Part shown: positions 29,472-38,601 of the stretch, piece by piece | Numbering within the stretch: position 1 is the first letter of the stretch | How the letters are laid out: every line of letters begins with the position of its first letter | Assembly: GCA_033549025.1 (NCBI GenBank) | Contig: JAWSUS010000001.1 | Coordinates: 64,001 to 128,000 of the forward strand | Length of the DNA stretch: 64,000 bases | From: Desulfuromonadales bacterium | GTDB lineage: Bacteria > Desulfobacterota > Desulfuromonadia > Desulfuromonadales > SZUA-540 | Direction of reading: 5' to 3' | The notes under the pieces: generated by a model | What the model was told of the DNA's origin: nothing | What the model saw: only the letters and a program-made list of their open reading frames with translations | The model's database searches: none | Translations under genes and position numbers: made by a program

Positions 29472-31871
29472 TCAACGGCCAAACAAACCGCGGATGGTGT
29501 CTTCCAGCACCTTCTTACCGGCATCCTTGGCCGGATCGGCTTCGCCCTCGGCGGTGTCGTCCGTTTTAAACAGCTTTTTTTCCAACTGGCGCTGCAGTTC
29601 CTGGGCGGCTTTTTCTTTGACCTGCTCCTTGGCCGCACTGGTATCAAGGCCAAAGCGCGGCTTGTCGAGAGTTCCGGCCAACCGCAGGGGAACGAGCCCC
29701 CAACCGTCGGCATCGGTCAGAAATTGACTGACGGTCCCCTTGCTGTCCAGCTTGCGCGACAATTCGGGGGACAGACGCAGATCAAGGGAGAGATCCAGGG
29801 AGCCATCCATGCCCAATGATCCTTTGGGGCTGAACCGTGCGTTGCTTCCGGCCAAAGTGCTCTGAATCAGAAACTTGCCTTTTTCAATGGTAAAACTGCC
29901 GGCGGACTCCCGCACGTTGAGTTCGCGCAGTTCCTCAAGAGCCAGAAAATCCGACAGTCCTTTGACCAAGGCGCTGCCCGACAACTTGCCGTCCTTGAAA
30001 AGAAAATCGCCCGCACCCGAGAGATTGCGGCGTAGGTCGTCCGAAGAAACCCCTTTGCCTTTCAGGGCGAGGTCAAGATCAAGGCCGCCATGAACGGTAT
30101 CGGCCGATTTGGGCAAAAAAGCGGTGACCAAAGGATTCATCTGGGCGCCCTGAACGCGAAACGTCGAATCATAGGCCAGGCCTTTTTGGCCGAGATCGAC
30201 TACGGCCTTTTCCGTGAAGGTCCCACCGGCCACATTTCCTGTGAGGGTTTCGAGGGTGAAGATATTGTTTTTCAGCCGATACTTGGCAACCATGTTGTCA
30301 ATGGTCATGCCGCGATAGACCGTCTGGCCGATGCGCGCCTCGCCGGTAACGTCGAGCGGCAAATCGAAGGGGCCGATATCGGCTTGTTGGTCCTTACCAA
30401 CCTTCCCGGCAGTCGCTCCACCGTCGCCGGCGGTCGCTTCTTTTTCTTTCCCACCCTGCAGCAAGGGGTCAAGCAGCAGTCGGTCTGCGGTGAGGCTGTT
30501 TTCAATGCGCAGAGGCTTCCCGAACAGGTTGGAGACTTTCAGGTCAATGGCCGCCGTGGTATCCCCCATTTTCAATTCAAGCTGCTGGGCATCGACGGTC
30601 TCCCCCTTGAGGGCGAGCCGGCCGGAAAGCGCCGGCCGCAGGGACGCAACGCTGGCCTGAACCCCGGACAAAACGATTTCCCCCTCACGCAGGAGTTTCA
30701 AGGGTTCGTCCGTCGTACCGGCCAGGTTGAGACGGGCCCTGACCTGACCGGCGGGATCCAGGTCGCCAAGATCAGGAACGAGCCCGGCTGGAACGGCCTG
30801 CAAGGCGGAGCGGATCTCCAGATCGGGCAATTCAACCGTCATATCCAACCGTGGCGCCGTACCGTAGTCCAACACACGCCCCTGCATCCGGGTCACAATA
30901 CCGTTGGCCGTCAGCGTGGTCGGTTTGATATCCAGAACCTGCTGGGCTAGGTCGATGTCGAGGTCATAATCAAGGGAGAGTGAGGCGTCACGGATTGGAA
31001 CATCCTTGAGAGCGTCCAAAAGGATATCGAGATCCGAGAGGCTGATCGTGCCTCGCGACAAAAGCCCCTTGCTGTCCCCTTGAGCAGTAAGATCGAGAGC
31101 GACCTTGAGAGCATCGAGACGTCCCGGCAGCTGCTGACGAAAATAGGGCGTAAAGGGCGTGATATCGAGGGGAGAAAGTTTGACGCTGGCCTCTCCACGC
31201 CCCGCAGCCACATTGGCCTTGCCGGCAACGGCGAGGGTCGCTTCCCCCAACACGGCATCCAGGGAGAAGGGGAAATCCTTTTCCAGGGAGATGTCCTGGG
31301 CAGAAAGACTGAGTCCACTCACCTTGTAGCGATAGGGCGCTTCGCCACCGAGACTCCGGTCAAGGAAAAGGACCTCGCCACCGTTCAGGACGACCTTGGA
31401 GATCAAAAGATCAATGCCGCCACCCTTACCGTCCTCCACGGGCTGAGAAACGGGCGCCTTTTCTTCTGCAGGAGGATTCTTTTCAGCCATCAGATCGCTA
31501 AAATTGAAAGTGCCGTCCGGCAGGCGCTCTATGCGAATTTTGGGTTCTTCAAGGCGAACTTCGTCGACCACCACCTTCATGAAAAGAAGCGGCCAGAAGC
31601 GGTAGCGCAGAACCAGTTTCTCAGCCGCCACAAAATATTCCCCGCCTTGAGGTTCAGCGATGCGCAGCTGACTGAGCCCAATCCCCGAAAAGAGACTGAC
31701 CTGGACATCCCCCAACTCGACCTTGCGGTTGAGGGTTTTTTCAGCCAGAGGAAGAACGGTGTTTTTTACCCTTTCCGGGGTGATCAGAACCTTGGCGAGC
31801 ACTCCAGCCGTCACGACCAGAACCACCACCACTGCCAGAACTATCGCGGCGTATTTACCAGCTTTTTTCAT
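29472..31871 (-). CDS. AsmA family protein
   Basis: N-terminal TM anchor; GTFNFSDL; beta-rich body; C-terminal GTLDKPRF. Confidence 0.85.
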   Translation of the reverse strand: MKKAGKYAAIVLAVVVVLVVTAGVLAKVLITPERVKNTVLPLAEKTLNRKVELGDVQVSLFSGIGLSQLRIAEPQGGEYFVAAEKLVLRYRFWPLLFMKVVVDEVRLEEPKIRIERLPDGTFNFSDLMAEKNPPAEEKAPVSQPVEDGKGGGIDLLISKVVLNGGEVLFLDRSLGGEAPYRYKVSGLSLSAQDISLEKDFPFSLDAVLGEATLAVAGKANVAAGRGEASVKLSPLDITPFTPYFRQQLPGRLDALKVALDLTAQGDSKGLLSRGTISLSDLDILLDALKDVPIRDASLSLDYDLDIDLAQQVLDIKPTTLTANGIVTRMQGRVLDYGTAPRLDMTVELPDLEIRSALQAVPAGLVPDLGDLDPAGQVRARLNLAGTTDEPLKLLREGEIVLSGVQASVASLRPALSGRLALKGETVDAQQLELKMGDTTAAIDLKVSNLFGKPLRIENSLTADRLLLDPLLQGGKEKEATAGDGGATAGKVGKDQQADIGPFDLPLDVTGEARIGQTVYRGMTIDNMVAKYRLKNNIFTLETLTGNVAGGTFTEKAVVDLGQKGLAYDSTFRVQGAQMNPLVTAFLPKSADTVHGGLDLDLALKGKGVSSDDLRRNLSGAGDFLFKDGKLSGSALVKGLSDFLALEELRELNVRESAGSFTIEKGKFLIQSTLAGSNARFSPKGSLGMDGSLDLSLDLRLSPELSRKLDSKGTVSQFLTDADGWGLVPLRLAGTLDKPRFGLDTSAAKEQVKEKAAQELQRQLEKKLFKTDDTAEGEADPAKDAGKKVLEDTIRGLFGR

Positions 31872-31898
31872 GAATTCCCCCGTTAATAGTAAAAATCC

Positions 31899-32393
31899 TC
31901 AGAGATCCCTATCCTGCAATCCACCGATTTTCAGAACGGCCTGCCATTCTTCCGGGCGCACGGGCTGCACGGAAAGGCGATTTCCTTTTTTAAGGACATC
32001 CATCCCCCGAAGTACCGGATGAACCTGCAGTTCGCTTCGTGTCAGCGGGTGCGGCAGAGGGGTCACATATTGCACGTCCACCATAAACCAGATGGGATTT
32101 TCCTCGCTGGCCCGTGGATCGAAATGATCACTGCGCGGGTCGAGCGCCGTATGGTCGGGATAACCTTCGTGGACCACCCGGGCAAGACCGACAATAGCCG
32201 GTTCCTTGATATTGCTGTGGTAAAACAGCACCCCATCCCCCGCCTGGATCTCATCCCGCAAAAAGTTCCGGGCCTGATAATTACGCACACCATCCCAATG
32301 CTCGGTGCCGTTGGGACGATTTTCCAGATCGGCAAAGGAGAAACACTCCGGTTCCGATTTCATCAGCCAGTAGCGTCTGGTCGGCATTTGCAC
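31899..32393 (-). CDS. EVE domain protein
   Basis: YWLMKSEP..WDGVRNYQARN..FYHSN..RLSVQPV. Confidence 0.93.
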   Translation of the reverse strand: MQMPTRRYWLMKSEPECFSFADLENRPNGTEHWDGVRNYQARNFLRDEIQAGDGVLFYHSNIKEPAIVGLARVVHEGYPDHTALDPRSDHFDPRASEENPIWFMVDVQYVTPLPHPLTRSELQVHPVLRGMDVLKKGNRLSVQPVRPEEWQAVLKIGGLQDRDL

Positions 32394-32537
32394 ATTCTCC
32401 TTGAAAACTGATTAAGGATACCAGGAACTTAGAGTTTTTCAATGCCTTATGCCCGATACCGGCTAAAGACAGGGAATTGCTTTTTCAGCGGCGGTGATTT
32501 ATGATACGCCCCTTTGAATAAAGGAAAGGAGACCATC

Positions 32538-32726
32538 ATGCCAATCTTCGAGTACCAGTGCCAAACCTGCGGGCAGATCTTCGAAAAAATCCGTTCAGCC
32601 CCTTCGGAGCATGAAAAATGCCCCAAGTGTGACGGTGTCGCCGTCCGTAAGGTTTCCATGACCGCCGCGTCACCTTCGTCGTCATCGTCCCCCGCTCCCG
32701 CCTGCGGCAGTGGCGGCTTCAGTTGA
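32538..32726 (+). CDS. FmdB-family zinc-ribbon protein; possibly extends to 32732 by Sec readthrough
   Basis: MPIFEYQCQTCG..CPKC; SD AAGGAG; ends CGSGGFS-TGA-GCC-TGA. Confidence 0.88.
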   Translation: MPIFEYQCQTCGQIFEKIRSAPSEHEKCPKCDGVAVRKVSMTAASPSSSSSPAPACGSGGFS

Positions 32727-32735
32727 GCCTGATAC

Positions 32736-32756
32736 TGCGGCGGAGTTTCCGCTGCA
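32736..32756 (+). promoter_or_regulatory. Candidate bacterial SECIS element
   Basis: TGCGGCGGA-GTT-TCCGCTGCA hairpin with a GU loop 18 nt after the TGA; no U tail; a separate terminator follows. Confidence 0.55.
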
Positions 32757-32765
32757 TCTGAAATG

Positions 32766-32797
32766 AAAAGGAGGATCCTCGCGGATCCTCCTTTTTT
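32766..32797. terminator. Bidirectional intrinsic terminator
   Basis: AAAAGGAGGATCC-TCGC-GGATCCTCCTTTTTT. Confidence 0.85.
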
Positions 32798-32803
32798 ATG
32801 GTT

Positions 32804-34228
32804 CTAAGCTCCCTGCACGAAGTTGGCGGCGGCCTTCATCAGGCCGTCCAGGTCATCCTGACTGCCCGCCTCTCCATAGACACGAACCACCGGCTCGGTG
32901 CCCGATTTACGGAAAAGCACCCAGGAACCGTCGGCAAAGAGGAATTTGCAGCCATCGATGGTGATGACCTGCTCTACCGGCTTGCCCGCCACCGCCTTGG
33001 GCGGATTCTGGAGTTTGCCCGGCAGGGACGCCTCCAGGTCGGGGCTCAGATGGATATTTACCCGCCGGGTGTGAAACTCGCCGACGCGTCGATAGAGGTC
33101 CTGCAGCAGTTGCGTAAGGGTCTTTTTTTCGACCGCCACCATTTCCGCCACCAGCAGACAGGCCAGGATGCCATCCTTATCGGGCACATGTCCCCGGATG
33201 GTGAGCCCGGCACTCTCCTCGCCGCCGAAGAGAATACGATCGTCGCGAATGAACTCGCCGATGAACTTGAAACCTACCGGCGTTTCCAGCACGTCAAGCC
33301 CATGATATCTGGCCACGGCATCGATGAAATGGGAGGTGGCCACGGAGCGGGCCGCTGCCCCTTTCATCCCCTTGACCCGCACCATGTAGTCGAGCAGCAG
33401 CGCGAGCACATAATTGGGCTCAATGAACGTGCCATCGGCATCGACAATACCGTAACGGTCCGCGTCGCCGTCGGTAGCCAACCCAAGTCCGATCTCCTCA
33501 TCCTCACGGACCCTTTTGATGAAATCTCCGATGCTGCTGGCCGAAGGCTCCGGCGGGAGGCCGCCGAAATAGGGATCGCGATGATCATTCATGGTGACGA
33601 CTTTGACGCCGGCTTCCTGCAACAGGGTGTCGAGATAGCCCCGCCCCGTTCCGTAGAGCGGATTGACGGCCAGCACCAGCCCACTGCGGCCAATAACCGG
33701 CAGATCGACCAGTTTGCGGATAGCGGCGAAATAATCGGCCCGGGGGTCGATCTCTTCAATCAGACCGGCGCGAAAAGCCTGGTCAAGAGGCATCTGACGA
33801 TAGCAGACCTCGCCGAGCATGGCATTGGCCCGATCTTCAATATCCCGGGTCGTCTCAGGCAGCGCCGGGCCACCCCAGGCCGGAGAAAACTTCAGGCCGT
33901 TGTAGTCGTACGGATTATGGCTGGCCGTGAAGTTGATGCCGCCGGCAGCCTTCCGGCGCAGGATTTCAAAAGCAATAACAGGCGTCGGCGTGTCCCGGTC
34001 GCACAGAAAGGTCTTGATGCCGGCACCGGCCAGCACCCGGGCGGTCTCCCGGGCGAACCGCTCCCCCATGAATCGGGCGTCGTAACCGACCACCACCCCC
34101 TGAGAGCCAATTTTTTGGGCATTGAGATGATCGGCAATAGCCTGGGTCACCACCCGCACATTCTCAAAGGTGAAATCCTCACAGAATATCCCCCGCCAAC
34201 CGGAGGTGCCGAAACTGATACGGTTCAT
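32804..34228 (-). CDS. Phosphoglucomutase/phosphomannomutase family protein
   Basis: FGTSGWRG; TASHNP; DGDADR; GEESAG; RKSGTEP. Confidence 0.95.
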   Translation of the reverse strand: MNRISFGTSGWRGIFCEDFTFENVRVVTQAIADHLNAQKIGSQGVVVGYDARFMGERFARETARVLAGAGIKTFLCDRDTPTPVIAFEILRRKAAGGINFTASHNPYDYNGLKFSPAWGGPALPETTRDIEDRANAMLGEVCYRQMPLDQAFRAGLIEEIDPRADYFAAIRKLVDLPVIGRSGLVLAVNPLYGTGRGYLDTLLQEAGVKVVTMNDHRDPYFGGLPPEPSASSIGDFIKRVREDEEIGLGLATDGDADRYGIVDADGTFIEPNYVLALLLDYMVRVKGMKGAAARSVATSHFIDAVARYHGLDVLETPVGFKFIGEFIRDDRILFGGEESAGLTIRGHVPDKDGILACLLVAEMVAVEKKTLTQLLQDLYRRVGEFHTRRVNIHLSPDLEASLPGKLQNPPKAVAGKPVEQVITIDGCKFLFADGSWVLFRKSGTEPVVRVYGEAGSQDDLDGLMKAAANFVQGA

Positions 34229-34312
34229 AGATGGAATCCTTCCTAATATTAGGTGTGACACTCAGTCATAGCATAGCAGATTGACCTGAACATGAAAGGT
34301 CGTGATGCCGCC

Positions 34313-34603
34313 TTACGAAGGGTCCTCGTCGCTCCACAATCGGGGCGCCCGGTAATTATCGTGACCGGCCACATAAGGGCAGTCGGCCGGCAGAATGCCC
34401 TGTTCGAATATCTCGGCCGTTAATGGCACACAGCCGGGCCGGGCTTCATGTCGGCGGTCGTAGACGGTGCAGAGGCGGGTATTGAGATCCAGAAACTCGC
34501 AGGGCTCGTCCGTATAGAAGATGTCCCCATCGTAGTCGACCTTTTCATAGCAGCAGCGACCACAACGGCGGCAGACAGCTTCCCAGGATGTTTTGTCCAT
34601 CAT
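34313..34603 (-). CDS. YkgJ/YcgN-family cysteine-cluster protein
   Basis: WEAVCRRCGRCC..PCEFLD..CTVY..C..LPADCPY. Confidence 0.85.
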   Translation of the reverse strand: MMDKTSWEAVCRRCGRCCYEKVDYDGDIFYTDEPCEFLDLNTRLCTVYDRRHEARPGCVPLTAEIFEQGILPADCPYVAGHDNYRAPRLWSDEDPS

Positions 34604-34743
34604 TGATAGTGTTCCTCCCCGGCGCCGGCCAAGACTAGCCGAGACGACGACCGAGGTCAACCGGCAAAACATTGGCCGCCGCGGAACTTTCTGAAAACAG
34701 GTCGCGGCAGACCTCGAAAAAGAACCGGACGACCAATTTGTCG

Positions 34744-34773
34744 TTGACATAGGCAGAAAAAAGCGTTAAGAAT
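34744..34773 (+). promoter_or_regulatory. Putative sigma70 promoter of the PxxKW gene
   Basis: TTGACA-17 nt-TAAGAA(T). Confidence 0.55.
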
Positions 34774-34818
34774 TCAGTTTCAGATCAGGAACAACAGCAA
34801 ACCAAGGAGGCAACATCC

Positions 34819-35106
34819 ATGCAGTGTCAAACTGTTCTTCCCGGTACCGAGTGTACCTTTTGGGCCAAAAAAGGCTGTATTTTTCAGGGCGGTTCCTGCC
34901 AGAACGTCGTTGAAGAGTGCCAGGGCTGCGAGCGCATCGTCAAGGGTTCCATCGGTGAAGTCTGCTCCGTAGCACCCTCCCCCAAACAGAAATGGGTTGG
35001 CGGCCTGTGCAATTTCGCCACGCACCGCAAAGTGGAGATTCAGAGCGTCGAGACCAAGATGAATCCCCTCAAGGCTTCGAAAAAGGCAGCGGGCAAAAAG
35101 AAGTAA
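34819..35106 (+). CDS. PxxKW-family cysteine-rich small protein
   Basis: 8 Cys; PKQKW..CNFATH; tail NPLKASKK; SD AAGGAGG. Confidence 0.8.
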   Translation: MQCQTVLPGTECTFWAKKGCIFQGGSCQNVVEECQGCERIVKGSIGEVCSVAPSPKQKWVGGLCNFATHRKVEIQSVETKMNPLKASKKAAGKKK

Positions 35107-35134
35107 AACGGTTCAACTTTCAGTGGTTTCCTCG

Positions 35135-35164
35135 GGCAGGCGCTTCCGGCGCCTGCCTTTTTTT
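35135..35164 (+). terminator. Intrinsic terminator
   Basis: GGCAGGCGC-TTCCG-GCGCCTGCC-T7. Confidence 0.85.
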
Positions 35165-35172
35165 ATTCCTTC

Positions 35173-35868
35173 TCAACCGAAAAGGACAAAAAGCAGAGGA
35201 ATCAAAAAGGCCGAAACAAGACCATTGAGTCCGATGGCCAGGCCGGCCATGGCACCCCCCAATTGCCCGATCTCCAGCATCCGCGAAGTGCCGATCCCAT
35301 GGGCGGCCGTTCCCACCGCCAGGCCGATAGCCGCCTCGTCGCGAATGCCAATCAGTCGGCAGAATTCAGGCCCGAAAACAGCGCCCAGACAACCGGTCAT
35401 GACCACCAGGGCGGCTGTCAGGGGGGCTATCCCGCCGATTTTTTCCACAATACCGATGGCAATGGGAGTCGTTACCGACTTGGGCGCCAGCGACAACACC
35501 ACCTCTCTGCTCCCCCCCAGAAGCCAGGCAATACCCGAGGCCGAGACGGCCGAGGCCAGAGCCCCGGCGAAGACACCGGCAAGAATCGGTCCCTTTTTCT
35601 CCAGGATTTCAGCCCGGCGTGCATAGAGGGGAATGGCTAGGGCTACCACGGCGGGCCCCAGAAAAAAGAGGATAATGCGACCGCCTTCGGCATAGGCCTC
35701 ATAGGAAACGCCAGCCCCTTTCAGAAAAAGGATAATCGTCAGAATCGACACCAACACCGGATTGAGCAGCAGGTAGCCAGAGCGCCGGTATAGCCATTGC
35801 GCGATGGCATAAAAGCCCAGAGTCACCATGATGCCGAACAGAGGGGTTGCGACCAGTTCATTCCACAT
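35173..35868 (-). CDS. LrgB/CidB family membrane protein
   Basis: LGPAVVALAIPLY..SLAPKSVTTPIA..AHGIGT. Confidence 0.92.
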   Translation of the reverse strand: MWNELVATPLFGIMVTLGFYAIAQWLYRRSGYLLLNPVLVSILTIILFLKGAGVSYEAYAEGGRIILFFLGPAVVALAIPLYARRAEILEKKGPILAGVFAGALASAVSASGIAWLLGGSREVVLSLAPKSVTTPIAIGIVEKIGGIAPLTAALVVMTGCLGAVFGPEFCRLIGIRDEAAIGLAVGTAAHGIGTSRMLEIGQLGGAMAGLAIGLNGLVSAFLIPLLFVLFG

Positions 35869-36211
35869 GCCGCCTCCCCTTTCTGGCAACGAGGGATTCC
35901 GTCCAGGCCGTTACCGCCATGACCACAAAGGTGCTGATGACGGTGGCCGCGACGATAGGGAGCCACTGCCTGGCGATGAGGTCCAGGTAGACCATGACCC
36001 CGACCCCGGCCGGCACAAACAGCAGAGCCAGGTGCGAAAGGAGCAGGTCAGCCGCCTCCTGCACCCATTCCAGCCGCACGATACCCAGACCCAGCGCCAC
36101 AAGCAGAAGCCCCATCCCCAGCACATTGCCCGGGATAGGGATATCCAGTCCCCTGGATATGATTTCACCGACAAACTGCATGACCAGCAGTATAGACAGG
36201 CCTTTGACCAC
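35858..36211 (-). CDS. CidA/LrgA family (holin-like) protein
   Basis: PIPGNVLGM..LLFVPAGVG; overlaps the lrgB-like gene. Confidence 0.92.
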   Translation of the reverse strand: MVKGLSILLVMQFVGEIISRGLDIPIPGNVLGMGLLLVALGLGIVRLEWVQEAADLLLSHLALLFVPAGVGVMVYLDLIARQWLPIVAATVISTFVVMAVTAWTESLVARKGRRHVE

Positions 36212-36240
36212 CGATTCCCCCTCTTCCCCGCCGTCGGCGC

Positions 36241-37026
36241 CTAAAGCTCTTCTTTGAGACCGGCAATCACGGCAGCCACTTCCTCCCGGATATCCCGCGA
36301 AGATTCGGCGCGTTCATGCAACAGAAACTCTTGAAAATACTGTAGAGCCAATCGGGTCTTCTCTTGATCGAGATAGAGGTTGCCCAGGGTCAGGTAAGCG
36401 AAGGACAGGCCCGGATCGAGACGGACTGCTTCGCGGCACTCCCGTTCAGCCGCCGGCAGATCGCCCAGGTCGTAGGCCATTTCGCCAAGGTTTAAATGGG
36501 CCTGGGCATCTTCCGGATCCAGCTCAACGGCTTTCTGGTAGCAGGTTAGGGCTTCGTCGTTTTCGCCCCTGCCATAGAGGGTATCGCCCAGACAGTTGAG
36601 GGCGAAAACCGAGTCAGGCTCCACCGTCAGCGCTTTTCGGTAGCACCTCTCCGCCTCCTCCATCTGCTCCAGATGAAAATACACCAGGCCGAGGCTTACC
36701 AGGGCATCGGATTGGGCCGGATCGACTTCAAGAATCTGCTTATAGGCATTGCGGGCCTGGTCGTTCATGCCCTGCTCGAAATAAAGATCCCCCAAGGCGT
36801 AAAGCGCCTCCAGATGATGGGGATCCTCCTTCAAAATACGCTCATAAACCTGGAGAGCCTCTTTGATCTGTGCATCCTCGGCCAAGGCCTCGCCCAGAAG
36901 TTCCTGAACCTCGATGGAAGACGGATCCTCCTGAAGTGCCTGCCGAAAGAGGCGGATGGCCTCGCGGAATTCGCCGACATCCATCGCTTCACGCCCCTTG
37001 TTAAGCCACTGCTCGATAGAATTCAT
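36241..37026 (-). CDS. Tetratricopeptide repeat protein
   Basis: About 7 tandem TPR-like units (A...LG..Y...G...A...Y..AL..DP). Confidence 0.88.
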   Translation of the reverse strand: MNSIEQWLNKGREAMDVGEFREAIRLFRQALQEDPSSIEVQELLGEALAEDAQIKEALQVYERILKEDPHHLEALYALGDLYFEQGMNDQARNAYKQILEVDPAQSDALVSLGLVYFHLEQMEEAERCYRKALTVEPDSVFALNCLGDTLYGRGENDEALTCYQKAVELDPEDAQAHLNLGEMAYDLGDLPAAERECREAVRLDPGLSFAYLTLGNLYLDQEKTRLALQYFQEFLLHERAESSRDIREEVAAVIAGLKEEL

Positions 37027-37060
37027 GCTGATTGTTCTCCTGATTGGAAAGAAAGGTTCG

Positions 37061-38356
37061 TTAATGGCTGGGCGGCAAGGATTCCAGGGCTTCCAGCAAT
37101 CCCCAGGGGCTGGTAGGCACGCGGCACACGGAAACCCCCAGGGACTCGGCAAGCTGCGTCAGGCTGAAATCATCGAGAAAAACGTCTTCGCCTTCCTTGA
37201 GCACCACATCGGGAACTATCAGGCAGCGACCGAGGGCCTTGCCCGTCAGTTGCGCAACGACGTCCCGGCCGGTCAGCAGACCGGTGACGGTCACCTGCCC
37301 CCCGAAGAAATCGTTGCGGATGGCAAAGACCTGGATCGCAATACCGGTGCGCCGGGCCAGCCCCTGAGCGAAGGTCTCGATTTCCAGCAAGGCCGATTCC
37401 CCGGTGATGACCGACACGGTCCCCGAGCCGAGATGGCCTGCTTCGGCCAGGACATCTGCCGCTTCAAGGCGAAAGAGCGGGATGAGGCCGACGCCATTTT
37501 CCAGCTGGGCCAGATCCTCATAGTCTTCCAGCGGGGGAAAATCCAGGGCCGCTTTAAGGTAAAATTCATCGGCGGCATAGACAAAACGTGAGCCGCCCTG
37601 CTCAAGAAATCTCTGCTGGAAATCGTGCACCCGGCTCACGAGGTCGTTCGCTTCCTGTTGCGTGGGAGGGCGCAGATCCGGCAGACGTTCACGGTATCCC
37701 GTCAGTCCCACCGGCACCACCGCCAGGGAGAGAATTCCCGGTCGCAGCGCGTAGAGGTCGGCAATGGTGCGGTCCAGTTCTTCGCCATCGTTGTACCCGG
37801 GACAGACCACGATCTGGGTATGAAGCTCGATGCCGCCATCGCACAGACGCTTGAGCAGAGGCAGAATGGCCGGTCCCTGACGGCCAATCATGCGCGTCCG
37901 CAGATCCTCCTCCGTCGCGTGCACGGAGACATAAAGAGGCGAGAGGCGCTGGTCGAGAATCCGCTGAATTTCACTCTCCTCGATATTGGTCAGGGTAACA
38001 TAAGAACCATAAAGATAGGAGAAGCGGTAATCCTCGTCCTTGACATAGAGGGTCGGTCGCATTTTGGGCGGCAGCTGATGAACGAAACAGAAAATGCAGT
38101 TGTTGCCGCACTGCACGGGGGCCGGATGCTCCAAATGAATACCCAGACCATCCTCCAGGTCTTTTTCAAACTCAAGATCCCAGAGCTCGCCATTTTTTTT
38201 GCGTACTTCCAGCAGCAGCTCTTCCGTTGCCACATAAATCTGATAATCAAGCAGATCGCGGACGGGCTGGCCGTTCATAGACAAGAGAACGTCGCCGACC
38301 TCCAGTTCCAATTCTTCCGCGATACTGCCTTCGTCCACCCCTATGATTTCAACCAC
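37061..38356 (-). CDS. PDZ + radical SAM-like FeS protein (DUF512 family)
   Basis: GSIAEEL..GD PDZ-like start; CGNNCIFCFVHQLP; YVKDEDYR; VVPVGLT; LENGVG. Confidence 0.85.
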   Translation of the reverse strand: MVEIIGVDEGSIAEELELEVGDVLLSMNGQPVRDLLDYQIYVATEELLLEVRKKNGELWDLEFEKDLEDGLGIHLEHPAPVQCGNNCIFCFVHQLPPKMRPTLYVKDEDYRFSYLYGSYVTLTNIEESEIQRILDQRLSPLYVSVHATEEDLRTRMIGRQGPAILPLLKRLCDGGIELHTQIVVCPGYNDGEELDRTIADLYALRPGILSLAVVPVGLTGYRERLPDLRPPTQQEANDLVSRVHDFQQRFLEQGGSRFVYAADEFYLKAALDFPPLEDYEDLAQLENGVGLIPLFRLEAADVLAEAGHLGSGTVSVITGESALLEIETFAQGLARRTGIAIQVFAIRNDFFGGQVTVTGLLTGRDVVAQLTGKALGRCLIVPDVVLKEGEDVFLDDFSLTQLAESLGVSVCRVPTSPWGLLEALESLPPSH

Positions 38357-38450
38357 CGGCAGATTCCTCTTCTGGACACCTCTGGGGATCGGTCATGATC
38401 CCCCCAAAATGCCCCGTACCAATAAATCCTGTTTAACCAACATGCTTCCC

Positions 38451-38481
38451 AAAAAGAAAAAGACCCCAGCAAGGAGGTCTT
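38451..38481 (-). terminator. Intrinsic terminator downstream of hfq
   Basis: AAGACCTC-CTTGCT-GGGGTCTT-TTTCTTTTT. Confidence 0.75.
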
Positions 38482-38601
38482 GGTCTTACCACGATAACGG
38501 CCTGTTTTCAACGAATAGTGCCGACACGAAGAAGTGCCGGTTGACCCGGCAGGGCGTTTCACCCTGCCGGGAAGAGACATCCGCCGGGAAAGCTTGCCGT
38601 G

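Noticed and set aside
32730..32807. Readthrough of the second TGA after the FmdB gene
   Set aside because: Only 12 nt from the hairpin loop, and the extension would run through the terminator; most likely the true stop
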